Positions 8,346 to 18,324 of a stretch of DNA of 64,000 bases are shown here, piece by piece. A program made the position numbers and the translations under genes. Positions within the stretch are counted from its first letter, which is position 1. Each line of letters begins with the position of its first letter. The notes below the pieces were generated by a model. That model saw only the letters and a program-made list of their open reading frames with translations. It did no database searches and was not told the DNA's origin. Source of the DNA: an uncultured Candidatus Saccharibacteria bacterium (lineage in GTDB: Bacteria > Patescibacteriota > Minisyncoccia > UBA6257 > WO2-44-18); assembly GCA_964637575.1 (NCBI GenBank), contig CAZWVU010000003.1:1586-65585 (forward strand), read 5' to 3'.

Positions 8346-8963
8346 ATGGCGCCTACCACAGGAATTTTAGGATTAGTGAATCATTACGGCTACCTGGCCA
8401 TTTTTCTACTCGTATTCTTACAGGAGATCGGCATCCCGAATATTGTGCCCAATGAACTCATTCTCCTTTTCGCGGGCGCTCTCACGGTGATCGGCGGATT
8501 AAGCTTCTGGCTGACATTTTTGACCGCGGTATCGGCTGACGTGATCGGCACCACCATCCTTTTTTCCGTGTTCTACTTTTTCGAGCGCTATATCATGGAA
8601 AAAATTTCCAAATGGAAAGGCATGAACGAAAAACTGGACCGGCTTAAAGAAACGATTCTCCGCCGCGGCGGGTGGGGAATTTTCCTTGGCCGGATGATGC
8701 CGTACCTTCGGGGATATGTTTCGATCGCGGCCGGCATCCTGAATATTCCTTACAGAAAATTTCTGCCCATGGTGATCATTCCGGCGATACTCTGGACCGG
8801 CGGCTATGTGACGCTCGGGCATTTCCTCGGCAAAAAATGGGAGGTGGTAGCGGGTTTCATTCATCAATACGAATGGATCCTTCTCGTGGCGGTAGTTATC
8901 ATTATCATTAATGTCTGGTATTGGAAAAACCGGAAGAAGCGGATTGATCAGCTGCAAAGATAA
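8346..8963 (+). CDS. DedA family membrane protein
   Basis: QEIGIPNIVPNELILLFAG and FLGRMMPYLR motifs. Confidence 0.88.
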   Translation: MAPTTGILGLVNHYGYLAIFLLVFLQEIGIPNIVPNELILLFAGALTVIGGLSFWLTFLTAVSADVIGTTILFSVFYFFERYIMEKISKWKGMNEKLDRLKETILRRGGWGIFLGRMMPYLRGYVSIAAGILNIPYRKFLPMVIIPAILWTGGYVTLGHFLGKKWEVVAGFIHQYEWILLVAVVIIIINVWYWKNRKKRIDQLQR

Positions 8964-9029
8964 AGTTTTTCTAAAATCTGTGCTATACTCGATAATAGTT
9001 CTGTGACAAACAGCGTGATAGGAGACCGT

Positions 9030-9653
9030 ATGGCGAAGAGGGAGATGTCTCTGCTCGCAAGGATGTATACCAAGTTGGTCAACGCCGTGTTGAGTCGCGG
9101 CGGCAAAGAAGAAGACGTGCGACGTCTGGTATCGATCCGGAGCCGCCGTCCCATCACCAGCGTCGCGGACGCCATCGTCGGCATCCGGACTCCGGCTTCC
9201 AACGGAATTTTCACGGTCACGGTGGATTCCCGCCAGTCATTCCGGGAGCTTGCCGGAAAATTCCATCATCTTGACCGGGATATCAGGCGGGAACAGGCCT
9301 CGCCTCCTTCGGAAGGACAGCAAAAACTTGAGTTGGAACTGTATCATCCGGACGAAGAGATACTTCCGCGCGAAGTAGTTGTCATATGCAAAAAGCGCGG
9401 ATGGCGGATGGCGAACACCTGGGAGCTCATGGTCTTCGTCGATTGGTACATAGAATGGATCAGAAAAGAGAAGCCCTTCTTTCCGATTTTTGCCCTCGGC
9501 GATCCCTGGAGATCCGCGGAGAAAGGAAGTTGCGGACGCATCGCCGTCTTCAACAACTATCCCGATGGCCGGCGCGAGCTTCATTCCGACTGGTTCGACA
9601 GCGTCCGCAATCACCTCGACCGCTTTCTTGTGGTGAAAGAAAAGCAGCCCTGA
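9030..9653 (+). CDS. Hypothetical protein resembling CPR DGR-target-like family
   Basis: GGAG RBS; GWRMANTWELMVF...FPIFALG...RRELHSDWFD...RFLVVK; followed by a terminator-like hairpin. Confidence 0.65.
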   Translation: MAKREMSLLARMYTKLVNAVLSRGGKEEDVRRLVSIRSRRPITSVADAIVGIRTPASNGIFTVTVDSRQSFRELAGKFHHLDRDIRREQASPPSEGQQKLELELYHPDEEILPREVVVICKKRGWRMANTWELMVFVDWYIEWIRKEKPFFPIFALGDPWRSAEKGSCGRIAVFNNYPDGRRELHSDWFDSVRNHLDRFLVVKEKQP

Positions 9654-9710
9654 TTCCATAAAGGCCCCGATCTTTCGGGCCTTTTTATTTTGTGATACCC
9701 TAGTGGAGTA

Positions 9711-10193
9711 ATGAGAAAAGTAATTTCCGCGGGTATTATTATTTTCCGGAAATCCCGGGAGGGGATAAAATTTTTACTGCTGTACCATGGGCGCAATTAT
9801 TGGAATTTCCCGAAAGGAAAGCTGGAAGCGGCCGAGCGCAGCTGGCAGGCAGCCTTCCGGGAAGTGCAGGAAGAGACCGGCTTGAAGCAGTCGGAGCTGC
9901 GGATCGTCGAGAATTTCAAGACCTACGAACGGTTCAGTTTCGGCAAGGCTCCCAACCGGGTCTTCAAGATTGTCATTTTGTATCTCGCCGAAACCAAACA
10001 GCCGAATATTGCGGTATCTTATGAGCACGATGGATATGCCTGGTTCACCTTCTCTGAAGCCAAGAGCATTCTTGCCAAGTATCCGGAAAATGTCCGCATT
10101 CTCACCACTGCCCATGACTTTCTCCGAAAAGGTTTACAGAGTCGTAGCCGGAATCCCGAAAGGAAAAGTCCTCACGTACCGGGAAGTCGCTAA
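9711..10193 (+). CDS. NUDIX hydrolase (Ap4A hydrolase-like)
   Basis: Nudix box WNFPKGKLE...AAFREVQEETGL. Confidence 0.9.
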   Translation: MRKVISAGIIIFRKSREGIKFLLLYHGRNYWNFPKGKLEAAERSWQAAFREVQEETGLKQSELRIVENFKTYERFSFGKAPNRVFKIVILYLAETKQPNIAVSYEHDGYAWFTFSEAKSILAKYPENVRILTTAHDFLRKGLQSRSRNPERKSPHVPGSR

Positions 10194-10368
10194 GCGCGCC
10201 GGTTCGCCGCGCGCCTGCCGCGCGGTCGGGAATATCCTCAATAAAAACACCGATACCAAACGGGTGCCTTGCCATCGGGTGATCCGTTCGGACGGAACCC
10301 CTGGCGGCTACGCCTGGGGAAGCGCCAGAAAAAAGAAACTCCTTCGGGAGGAAGGAGTTTCTTTTTGA
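10114..10368 (+). CDS. MGMT/Ogt family alkylated-DNA repair protein
   Basis: IPKGKVLTY, RAVG, VPCHRVI. Confidence 0.9.
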   Translation: MTFSEKVYRVVAGIPKGKVLTYREVAKRAGSPRACRAVGNILNKNTDTKRVPCHRVIRSDGTPGGYAWGSARKKKLLREEGVSF

Positions 10369-10370
10369 TT

Positions 10371-10715
10371 TTACTTTACCGCCGCCATTACTTTCTCGAA
10401 AACTTTCGGTTCATGTTCGGCGAGCATTGCGAGCGACTTCCGGTCGAGCGCGATCCCTTTTTTCTTCAGCGCCGGGATCAGCTGGCTGTATTTCATCCCG
10501 GAAGCGCGGCTCATGGAATTGATTTTCACATTCCAGAGCGTCCGGAAGTTGCGCTTCTTTTCCTTGCGGCCGCGGAACGCGTGCTCCCAGGCGTGCAGGA
10601 GCGCTTCTTTGGCGAGCGCTTCTTTGGCTTTGCGGCCCCAGCGGAAGCCCTTGGTGTATTTGAGGGTGGCTTTTCTCTTTTTGTGGGCGACGATGCCCCG
10701 TTTAACTCTGGTCAT
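10371..10715 (-). CDS. rplT: 50S ribosomal protein L20
   Basis: MTRVKRG...RKEKKRNFRTLW...LDRKSLA. Confidence 0.97.
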   Translation of the reverse strand: MTRVKRGIVAHKKRKATLKYTKGFRWGRKAKEALAKEALLHAWEHAFRGRKEKKRNFRTLWNVKINSMSRASGMKYSQLIPALKKKGIALDRKSLAMLAEHEPKVFEKVMAAVK

Positions 10716-10717
10716 GG

Positions 10718-10918
10718 TTAGTGCGTGAAGGAAACTCCGTAATTTTTAATAAACTTTTTTCCGTCGACTTTGCTGACGGAGGTGCCGTTTTCCTGGCGTT
10801 TGCGGTGAAGTTCCCGGCTGCTTTTCTTGGATCGAAAATGGCCGATGCCCATTTTTCGGCGGATCAGCTTCCCGTTTTTGGTAACTTTAATTCGGTCTTT
10901 TACGCTGTCTTTAGTCAT
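10718..10918 (-). CDS. rpmI: 50S ribosomal protein L35
   Basis: KDSVKDRIKVTKNGKLIRRK..GH; lies between infC and rplT. Confidence 0.88.
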   Translation of the reverse strand: MTKDSVKDRIKVTKNGKLIRRKMGIGHFRSKKSSRELHRKRQENGTSVSKVDGKKFIKNYGVSFTH

Positions 10919-10934
10919 AGTCATTGCTTCAGAA

Positions 10935-11438
10935 TTACTTTTTGGTGACATGCACCGTGATTCCGTATCCTCCCACTTTCGGCTCCATGGTTACTTTGTG
11001 CTCGGGAGTAATGATTTTCATGAATTCTCCCAGCTTTTCCCTCGCAAAATCCTTGTTGGCCTTTTCCCGGCCGCGGAGCGTCATCACAATTTCCACCTGA
11101 TTGCCCTCCTCCAAAAACTTGTTCACGCGTTCGGCTTTCATCTGAAGATCGTGCATAGCTTCCCGGATGCTGATCTGTACCTGCTTCATATCGCCGCCTT
11201 TCTGCTGAGCCCGCTGTTTCTTTATCCTTTTTTCCTGCTGATAGCGGAACTTGTCGTAGCTCATCAGGCGGGTAACGGGGGGTTTGGCGGAAGCGGCGAT
11301 CTCGATCAGGTCCAGTCCCTTCTCTTTGGCAAGCTTCAGGGCGTCGGCGATGTTCATTTTTCCGAGCATCTGTCCCGCCTCGTCAATCACCATTACTTCC
11401 GGGGACGATATTTGATTGTTAATACGTGGATTTTGGAT
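10935..11438 (-). CDS. infC: Translation initiation factor IF-3 (probable ATC start)
   Basis: PRINNQI...VIDEAG...LDLIEIA...PPV...YDKFRY; no ATG upstream of the conserved N-terminus. Confidence 0.93.
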   Translation of the reverse strand: MQNPRINNQISSPEVMVIDEAGQMLGKMNIADALKLAKEKGLDLIEIAASAKPPVTRLMSYDKFRYQQEKRIKKQRAQQKGGDMKQVQISIREAMHDLQMKAERVNKFLEEGNQVEIVMTLRGREKANKDFAREKLGEFMKIITPEHKVTMEPKVGGYGITVHVTKK

Positions 11439-11760
11439 AGTTCAAAATTTAACAGATTATTCTGCATGCGTCAACTCTGCTCGCAACCAGGAAATCCCCT
11501 AACCATCGCTCCGCCAACATTTTCGCCGACACGCTATCAATTTTCCCAGCGAGAAAATTGCGCTCGTTCTCGGCCTCGCTCGTCTCGCTCCGCGAGACAC
11601 CTGCCCGCTCGGCCTGCGAAACGGTCGGCTCAAACATTGGCGGAGCTCTTTTGGGAATCAGGGATTTTCTGGGGCTTACTAATCGTTTATGACGCCGGCC
11701 AGGCTGAACAATTTTGAACTATCCGGTGGGTTGGGTTTGAGCAGCGCGGAAGGAATAGCG

Positions 11761-13071
11761 TTAAAGGCCGAGCTTTCGCAAAACGTCTTTCGCTTGGCGG
11801 ACGGCATTATTGGTGCCGCGGTCGTCGGGATAGATCTGGGCCATCGTTGCCAGGTAACAATTGGGGATCGGCGTTTCGTATTCCGGGAGATTCCGGGAGT
11901 AGTTGATATCCACGACCGGCTGGGCGCACGGGTCTTTGAAAATATAATGCTCCTTTACCCATTCCGGCCGGAAGTCCTTGTTTATTTTCGGAAGATTGCG
12001 GAGATGCATTTCCAGAACTTCTTTTTCCGGCATCTGCATAATCGGATCTGCCGGATCGGGGTAATTCCCCAGATACACGATCGTGTTTCCGCCGTAATCA
12101 TCTTTCGGAACCAGATTGGTGTGCTCGATGACGGCAAGCAGGGGAATGTCCCGGTTGTTGACGTTAAGCCAGTAATATCCCTGCGGCATCAGGGATTTTT
12201 TCAGAACGAGGACGGTAACATGCGCGGCCCGGTAGCGGATGTTCGACAGGCGCGCGGCATACTCCTCCGGCAATCCTTTCGCGAGCCGCAGGAACACATT
12301 CATGGGCGTCGTAACAAAAACCTTGTCAAAAAATGTTTCCTGCCCGTCAATCGTCACCGCGACTGTATCTTTTGCAGACGCGATCGACTGGACGCTTACG
12401 CCGGTGCGCACCGTATTCCCCGCCGCCGCAATGGCGCGGGTCATGGCGTCCACGATCTGGCCGAAGCCGCCGCGCGGGTAGACCAGTTCTTCGCCCGCGC
12501 CGCTTGCGGTCCGGCTCCGGGCGCGCCAGTTGAGCCGGCTCCACATCCAGGCCATGGAAATTTCATCTTTATGATCCCCGAATTTTCCCCGCAGCAACGG
12601 TTCCCATACGACTTCATATGCTTTTTCGCCGGAGTGTTTTTTCAGCCAGTCGGCGGCGCGGACGCGGGAAAGCGGGCGGTAATCTTGGATGCGCCTGACG
12701 GCGAGAAGCGAGGCGCCGAGCCGGAGCCGGTCCAGAAACGGCAGAGGAGCGAATCCCAGGAGGTCTTTCGGCGTCGAGAAAGGGTAGATGGTTGTTCTAT
12801 GCCAGAGTCCCATGCGGCTTTTCGCGTACACCAGACGGTCGCCGAACCCGAGCTCTTCGGCAAGCGAAATAATATCGGCGTCGCGATTGGACCAGTGGTG
12901 ATAAAATCCTTCCAAGCCCGTGCCGGCCACTTTCAGCAGTCCGAGCAGCCCTCCCACATTCCGGTTTTTCTCGAGGAGGGTAACGGAAACGCGGGAATTT
13001 TTCGATAAAAAATATGCCAGGGCCAGGCCCTGGATACCGCCGCCCACCACCGCAATTTTGAGCGGTTTCAT
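11761..13071 (-). CDS. FAD-dependent oxidoreductase (amine oxidase/protoporphyrinogen oxidase-like)
   Basis: IAVVGGGIQGL, EKNRNVGGL, LEGFYHH, QIYPDDRG. Confidence 0.85.
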   Translation of the reverse strand: MKPLKIAVVGGGIQGLALAYFLSKNSRVSVTLLEKNRNVGGLLGLLKVAGTGLEGFYHHWSNRDADIISLAEELGFGDRLVYAKSRMGLWHRTTIYPFSTPKDLLGFAPLPFLDRLRLGASLLAVRRIQDYRPLSRVRAADWLKKHSGEKAYEVVWEPLLRGKFGDHKDEISMAWMWSRLNWRARSRTASGAGEELVYPRGGFGQIVDAMTRAIAAAGNTVRTGVSVQSIASAKDTVAVTIDGQETFFDKVFVTTPMNVFLRLAKGLPEEYAARLSNIRYRAAHVTVLVLKKSLMPQGYYWLNVNNRDIPLLAVIEHTNLVPKDDYGGNTIVYLGNYPDPADPIMQMPEKEVLEMHLRNLPKINKDFRPEWVKEHYIFKDPCAQPVVDINYSRNLPEYETPIPNCYLATMAQIYPDDRGTNNAVRQAKDVLRKLGL

Positions 13072-13110
13072 TTGGTTTGAATATACCACGCGATATATAA
13101 TGTAGGTATC

Positions 13111-14493
13111 GTGAAGAAGATCATTTTTACCTTCTCCTTGGTGCTTTCCGGTGCGGCTATCGCCTTCGCCCAGACGGGCGGATCGTCATCGGCCTCGTAT
13201 TGTAATCCGTTGTATCCAGGACAGAATCTGCCGGAAAACAGCGCTGCCGTGTCCGTGCGGATCGTCAACCCCGACTCCGCAGAAGTTAACGTGAAAGCGG
13301 TCTTTGATATTCCTTCTCAAATCACCCCGGTAAATCTGGGGCTTTTTGAATCATGGGATCCGCAAAGCCGGAAGCTCGGCATAGAGCTTGGGACGTTCCA
13401 GACTCACGAGACTAAGCAGCTCATCCTGGACTTTCAGGGATCGCCGGTGGCCTGCGTCGTGTACGGAACACTTTCCGGAGAGTGGTCTCCCAAACCCGTG
13501 GCAGGGCCGTCCACCTGGCAGAGCCAGATAAATTTTTCGGCGCTTATTCCTTCGTTCGGACCGGTGACGACCGGCGGGGGCGGCGTTTCGCCGACCAGTA
13601 TTGTGGACACAGTCCGCATTGATCCGCAGGTACAGTCGGCGGCGACTCCGGCGGCGGTGACCGCCGGCGCGCTCGGTGCCCTTGCGGCAAGCGCGGGGTT
13701 TCCCTGGTGGAATCTTCTCCATCTTTTCAATCTCGCGAGCATCGGATCGTTGAAGCGGAAGCCGCAAAAACCCTGGGGCGTGGTATTCGATAAAGCCACG
13801 AAGCAGCCGATCACCGACGCGACCGTAAAAGTCTATGACGCAGTTACCAACCGGCTGAAGGATTCGGCGCTTACCGATATCGACGGACGTTTCGGATTTC
13901 TTGTGCCGGCCGGTGCCTATTATCTGCACGTTACCCGGCCGGGGTTCGACGAATACCAGTCTCCGTTCGTGGACGTAAGCGACAAGGCGGAGGAAAAACT
14001 GAATATCGAAGTGCCGCTCGAAGGGAAATCTGTAAAGCACGCGCTTTTCGGCCGCGTGATCGGCTGGCTGAGGGACGTGCTGGACTATCTTAGTCCGTTT
14101 ATTTTAATCGTCGGCACGCTGGTGAGTGCGGTGGTAGTCGTTCTCTTTCCCAAACTGCTTCATTATATAGTGCTTGGCTTGTACCTGATTCTGGATATTC
14201 TGAAAATTATTCTGGACAGCATCGTTACCCGCTCGTTCGGGTCGGTGGTCGATAAAGATACGAAGCTGCCTCTTTCGCTCGCGGTGGTCCGCGTCTATGA
14301 AGTGCATCACGGCACCCTGTTGGCCACGCGGGTGACGAATCCGGAAGGCAAGTTCAAGTTTCTCGTTACTCCGGGAGAGTACTACATCACCTGCGCCCGC
14401 GACGGCTATATATCCTACACGTCGCCGCAGATGAACTTCCGCCGTTCCGATCTCATTAAACTGGATATTCCGCTGGAGCATGCATCGGCGTAA
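13111..14493 (+). CDS. Surface/membrane protein with two carboxypeptidase-regulatory-like beta domains
   Basis: Signal peptide ending AFAQ; PWGVVFD..TKQPI...TDIDGRFGFLVPAG and a second FGSVVD...TNPEGKFKFLVTPG. Confidence 0.75.
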   Translation: MKKIIFTFSLVLSGAAIAFAQTGGSSSASYCNPLYPGQNLPENSAAVSVRIVNPDSAEVNVKAVFDIPSQITPVNLGLFESWDPQSRKLGIELGTFQTHETKQLILDFQGSPVACVVYGTLSGEWSPKPVAGPSTWQSQINFSALIPSFGPVTTGGGGVSPTSIVDTVRIDPQVQSAATPAAVTAGALGALAASAGFPWWNLLHLFNLASIGSLKRKPQKPWGVVFDKATKQPITDATVKVYDAVTNRLKDSALTDIDGRFGFLVPAGAYYLHVTRPGFDEYQSPFVDVSDKAEEKLNIEVPLEGKSVKHALFGRVIGWLRDVLDYLSPFILIVGTLVSAVVVVLFPKLLHYIVLGLYLILDILKIILDSIVTRSFGSVVDKDTKLPLSLAVVRVYEVHHGTLLATRVTNPEGKFKFLVTPGEYYITCARDGYISYTSPQMNFRRSDLIKLDIPLEHASA

Positions 14494-15784
14494 CGCATTA
14501 CTGGGAATTTTTTGGGGACTGGCGGCCCTGTCTTCGCCGGCGGCATTTGCCCAGGGAACCGTGGGGGACATCGGGAAGAATTATGAAATCCCCAGTTTTC
14601 CCGAATTTATATATTCGCTTCTTCCTCCGCCGGTTGTTTCCGGAACGGCCGCGCAGGCGCCGGTGCAGACCATTCCGAATTACGTCGACCAGTTTACTTA
14701 TGGCACCTGCGCGCCGTCGCCACAGCATTGCGATCTGGACGGCGTGGTCAATTCCGACAATAAAACGTACCGCCTGAACTGGATCTGCGAGGGGTATCCC
14801 GGCGGCTGCACGATTACCAAAAACAAAAAGCCGCTGATGAGCGTCGGGGGCACCGGATTTCTGGACGATCTGCCGATTGCGTCTTCCGCCGATGAGGTGG
14901 TGTTCGATCTTGCTGCGGTTGGCGACAGCTGCACTGACCGGTGGAGCTTTGTCCCGCCGCCGGGAGCGGGACCGCCGGCGCCGGCTCCTTCGTCCGCATG
15001 CCCGAACACCAATCAGCAGACGATCACCAGCCATTTCACTAAATTTTCCAATAATAAACTTATCTCCGGATTTTTCCCGCGCTTCCATTTTGTCGCCGAC
15101 AGCAACGGCACCGTCAGCATGAGCGCCACGGTCAGCCAATTCCTCGGCGGGCCGTGTCTTTCGCCGCAGTTCCGGGCATATCTTACCGACGGACCGATCC
15201 AGATCACGGATTTTATTAACGGCGTCGTCGGATCGCCCATGGCGCTTCCTCCGTTGAGTGTGACCGGCGGCAGCGTGCATAATCTTCAGCTGAACATTCT
15301 TACCAATTGCGCCGCGGGCCCCGTGGAATCGCTCGCGGATCTCGGCGACGTTTCCTTTACGCTTTCCGGTCCACTCGGCCCGTATTGCCCGATTACGCAG
15401 ACCGCGAGCAGTCTGAGCGTCACCTATAATAACAACCTTCTTTCATCAGGGTCGCTTCCGCTGATCAGCTTTACCCCGGCGACCAACGAGCGCGTGACGG
15501 CGACTGTCTCGGTCGGCGGCTTTGTCGGGGGAGCGTGTCTGACGCCGGCGTACCGGATTCATTTGTATGACAACGGCAATCCGATGCCGACGGGATTGCC
15601 GGTGCAGGATACCGTGGACGGAATAAACGGCGGCTGGTCCTGGACGTGGCCGGACTTTATTGATACCGCGCCGGGCAGTCACGTCATTCAGGTGGGCGCT
15701 GAAACTAACTGCACGAGCGGAACGTTCCAATCCACCCTCACGCTGAATAATATTTCCCTGAACGTGACAAGAAATCCCCAATAA
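14480..15784 (+). CDS. Secreted Cys-rich protein with an internal domain duplication
   Basis: Signal peptide ending AFAQ; Pro linker; two related ~130-aa segments. Confidence 0.7.
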   Translation: MHRRNALLGIFWGLAALSSPAAFAQGTVGDIGKNYEIPSFPEFIYSLLPPPVVSGTAAQAPVQTIPNYVDQFTYGTCAPSPQHCDLDGVVNSDNKTYRLNWICEGYPGGCTITKNKKPLMSVGGTGFLDDLPIASSADEVVFDLAAVGDSCTDRWSFVPPPGAGPPAPAPSSACPNTNQQTITSHFTKFSNNKLISGFFPRFHFVADSNGTVSMSATVSQFLGGPCLSPQFRAYLTDGPIQITDFINGVVGSPMALPPLSVTGGSVHNLQLNILTNCAAGPVESLADLGDVSFTLSGPLGPYCPITQTASSLSVTYNNNLLSSGSLPLISFTPATNERVTATVSVGGFVGGACLTPAYRIHLYDNGNPMPTGLPVQDTVDGINGGWSWTWPDFIDTAPGSHVIQVGAETNCTSGTFQSTLTLNNISLNVTRNPQ

Positions 15785-15785
15785 C

Positions 15786-16838
15786 ATGAAAACGATTAAA
15801 AAAATAACGGTCATTGCCGCCGGGCTGCTCTCGCTCTATTCCGCCGTGGCCTTTGCCCAAACCACCGTCAACGGCAACAATAATCTCACGATCGTCCTGC
15901 CTCCGCCGCCCCAGGCGTTTCAGTACCAGCTTCCCGCACCCCCTCCGCTTACCACGATCGTCGACATAATCCGGAATTTTTTCATTCCGCCGGTCTGCCC
16001 CGTGCCGCTGCCCCAATGCAATGTATCGTTGAAGGACGTAAGCGATCCGTCAAATAATTTCACACTCTCCGCCGTGTGCACCGGAGGATTGGCGCCCTGC
16101 ACGCTGTACGAAACGAAGTCTCCGCCCAAACCGATCAGCGTGTTTCAGGGAAACTTCACGGCGAATCTGAACCTTGATGAGATCGGCGCGCCGGCGGTAA
16201 CCTACACGATCAAGGACAAGCATAACCAGGTGTGCAACTGGGTGATCGCGCATGCCTTCGTGCCAGGCACTCCGCCGCCGGGCCAGTCAATCGCGCTTGA
16301 TGAAAGCGGCTACCGCTTTTTCGCCAACGCCGATTCCGTGACGCCGGGAAGTCCGCTTGCCGGTCTGAACACCGCGCCAAGCATGGTTAAAAATTCCACC
16401 TTCCGCGCCAGGATTCTTGTCCAGGTGACCAATCAGGCGCTCGCGCTGAACGGCCAGAGTTTCAAGCTGCAATTCGGTACAAAGGTGAGTACCTGCTCCG
16501 CGATCGGTTCCTGGACAGATGTCGCGTCCGGTTCCGGCGCCATCCGCTACAATAACAACGCCACTCCCGCCGATGGCGACCCGCTTGGCGTCACCGCCAA
16601 CGACCCGACGCACGATACCGACACGATCGTGAACCAGACATACGAAGAAGCCAATAATTTTATCAACTCGCAGGGAGCCGTACCCGCGGGACAGGACGGC
16701 CACTGGGATTTTTCACTCACTCATTTCTTTTCCGGGACCAGCTTCTCCAACACAACCTATTGTCTGCGTATCGTGAAAGCGGACGGCACCACTCTGGATA
16801 GTTACAGCCAGTATCCGGAACTCAATGTCACGAATTAA
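15786..16838 (+). CDS. Secreted beta-rich surface protein
   Basis: Signal peptide ending AFAQ; YRFFANAD...FKLQFG...YCLRIV. Confidence 0.7.
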   Translation: MKTIKKITVIAAGLLSLYSAVAFAQTTVNGNNNLTIVLPPPPQAFQYQLPAPPPLTTIVDIIRNFFIPPVCPVPLPQCNVSLKDVSDPSNNFTLSAVCTGGLAPCTLYETKSPPKPISVFQGNFTANLNLDEIGAPAVTYTIKDKHNQVCNWVIAHAFVPGTPPPGQSIALDESGYRFFANADSVTPGSPLAGLNTAPSMVKNSTFRARILVQVTNQALALNGQSFKLQFGTKVSTCSAIGSWTDVASGSGAIRYNNNATPADGDPLGVTANDPTHDTDTIVNQTYEEANNFINSQGAVPAGQDGHWDFSLTHFFSGTSFSNTTYCLRIVKADGTTLDSYSQYPELNVTN

Positions 16839-18324
16839 ATCCCTGCTCCGGTTCCGCTGGCAGATCGCGCTTGGCATTCTGATGGCGGCCTACGCCGGAT
16901 ATTTTTCCTGGATGTCGCTCGCGCGCTACTACGATCTCGGCGCGCGTCACCTTGACCTCGGTGTGCTCCACCAGGCGGCCTACAATACCTATCGCGGCAT
17001 CCTTACCGGCGATGTAAGCCGGATTATGGAAGTTACCAAGGAATATGAATCGCCGCAGATCAATTTTCTCGGCTGGCACAACGACGTCCTGCACGGGCTT
17101 CTCTCGCTGACCTACCTCATCCATCCCGGTCCGCAGAATTTCCTCATACTCCAATCCCTGGCGCTCGCCCTCGGTGCCTGGGCCGTGTTCAAGATTGTCC
17201 AGCTGTTGTTCGCCGATGCCTCGCGCCGCGACGCCATCGCCTTTGTTTTTGCCGCGGCCTATCTTCTCTACCCGCCGCTCGAGCGCACCAATCTTTTTGA
17301 CTATCACAGCTTCGTCCTGGTCACGCCGCTGATTCTTTTCATGGTGTATTGCGCGCTGACCAGACGGTACGTCTGGGCGGCGGGGCTGTTCGCGGCGGCC
17401 TTGCTCACCCGGGAAAATGTCGGTCTGACGACGGCACTTTTGGGAGGGTATTTCATCTGGAAGGCCGGGAAGACCGGCGACCGCCCGCTTTTCAAATTCG
17501 GCCTGGGCGTGGCCGCGGCCAGCGTCGTCTGGTTTCTGCTTTCCATGTATGTCATCATCCCGTATTTCCGCGGCGGCGGGCATTTCGCGCTGGATTTTTA
17601 CGGCGACTTCGGCGCGACGCCGCTGGGCGTCGTCGCCGGCGTCTTCACCAAGCCGGCGACCGTGTTTTCCTACCTCGCGCGGCCGGATACGCTGCAATAT
17701 TTTCTTTCCGTTCTTGGCCCGCTCGGATTTCTCTCGCTGTATTCGTCGGTGCATCTCCTGATCGCTTCGCCGGAATTCGGCCTGGATCTTCTTTCCAACC
17801 AGTGGTACATGCGGGAGACGCTCTGGCACTACACGGCGCTCGTCCAGCCGTTCGTCATCCTCGCCGCAATCTACGGCGCTAAAAAAATATTTGACCGGGT
17901 CCGCCGGACGCGGTCGGAAAGATTGGCGGCGGGGCTGATCATCGGCTGGGTGCTGTTTTCCTCGCTGTCCTTCGCGTATCTGGAAGGCCCCACTGTCTTC
18001 GGCCGTGAATACCGGACGCCGATTTTTTCCACCTATCCCGAGGCGTATCCGGAAGCGCTCGTTTGGAGCGAAAAACTGAAAGACGAGAATATAAAAGTTT
18101 CCGCTTCGAGCAACCTCGCCCTGCTCTTCTCTGGCCGGAAATATTTTTACGTCTTCTTCAACAATTACCGCCAGGCGGATTACGTGATCGTGAATCCCCA
18201 CGAGTTTATCAATGACCAGCTTTTCACCCAGGTCTATGGCACGCTTACAAAAGATTCTGAATTCGTCCTTATCTCTAAATCCGTGAATCTGGAGGTCTAC
18301 AAAAAGAAAACCGCCGACCGCTAA
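16825..18324 (+). CDS. DUF2079-like polytopic membrane protein (GT-C-like)
   Basis: DLGVLHQA, GWHND, NLFDYH, TRE, WHY; many TM helices. Confidence 0.75.
   Translation: MSRIKSLLRFRWQIALGILMAAYAGYFSWMSLARYYDLGARHLDLGVLHQAAYNTYRGILTGDVSRIMEVTKEYESPQINFLGWHNDVLHGLLSLTYLIHPGPQNFLILQSLALALGAWAVFKIVQLLFADASRRDAIAFVFAAAYLLYPPLERTNLFDYHSFVLVTPLILFMVYCALTRRYVWAAGLFAAALLTRENVGLTTALLGGYFIWKAGKTGDRPLFKFGLGVAAASVVWFLLSMYVIIPYFRGGGHFALDFYGDFGATPLGVVAGVFTKPATVFSYLARPDTLQYFLSVLGPLGFLSLYSSVHLLIASPEFGLDLLSNQWYMRETLWHYTALVQPFVILAAIYGAKKIFDRVRRTRSERLAAGLIIGWVLFSSLSFAYLEGPTVFGREYRTPIFSTYPEAYPEALVWSEKLKDENIKVSASSNLALLFSGRKYFYVFFNNYRQADYVIVNPHEFINDQLFTQVYGTLTKDSEFVLISKSVNLEVYKKKTADR

Noticed and set aside
9520-9653. 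Second VR for this TR
   Set aside because: No nucleotide-level match to TR 1564-1694 by eye
11689-13008. Long opposite-strand ORFs (also 16828-18201, 29225-30658, 23957-25063, 62897-63961)
   Set aside because: Antisense shadows of well-supported genes in GC-rich DNA
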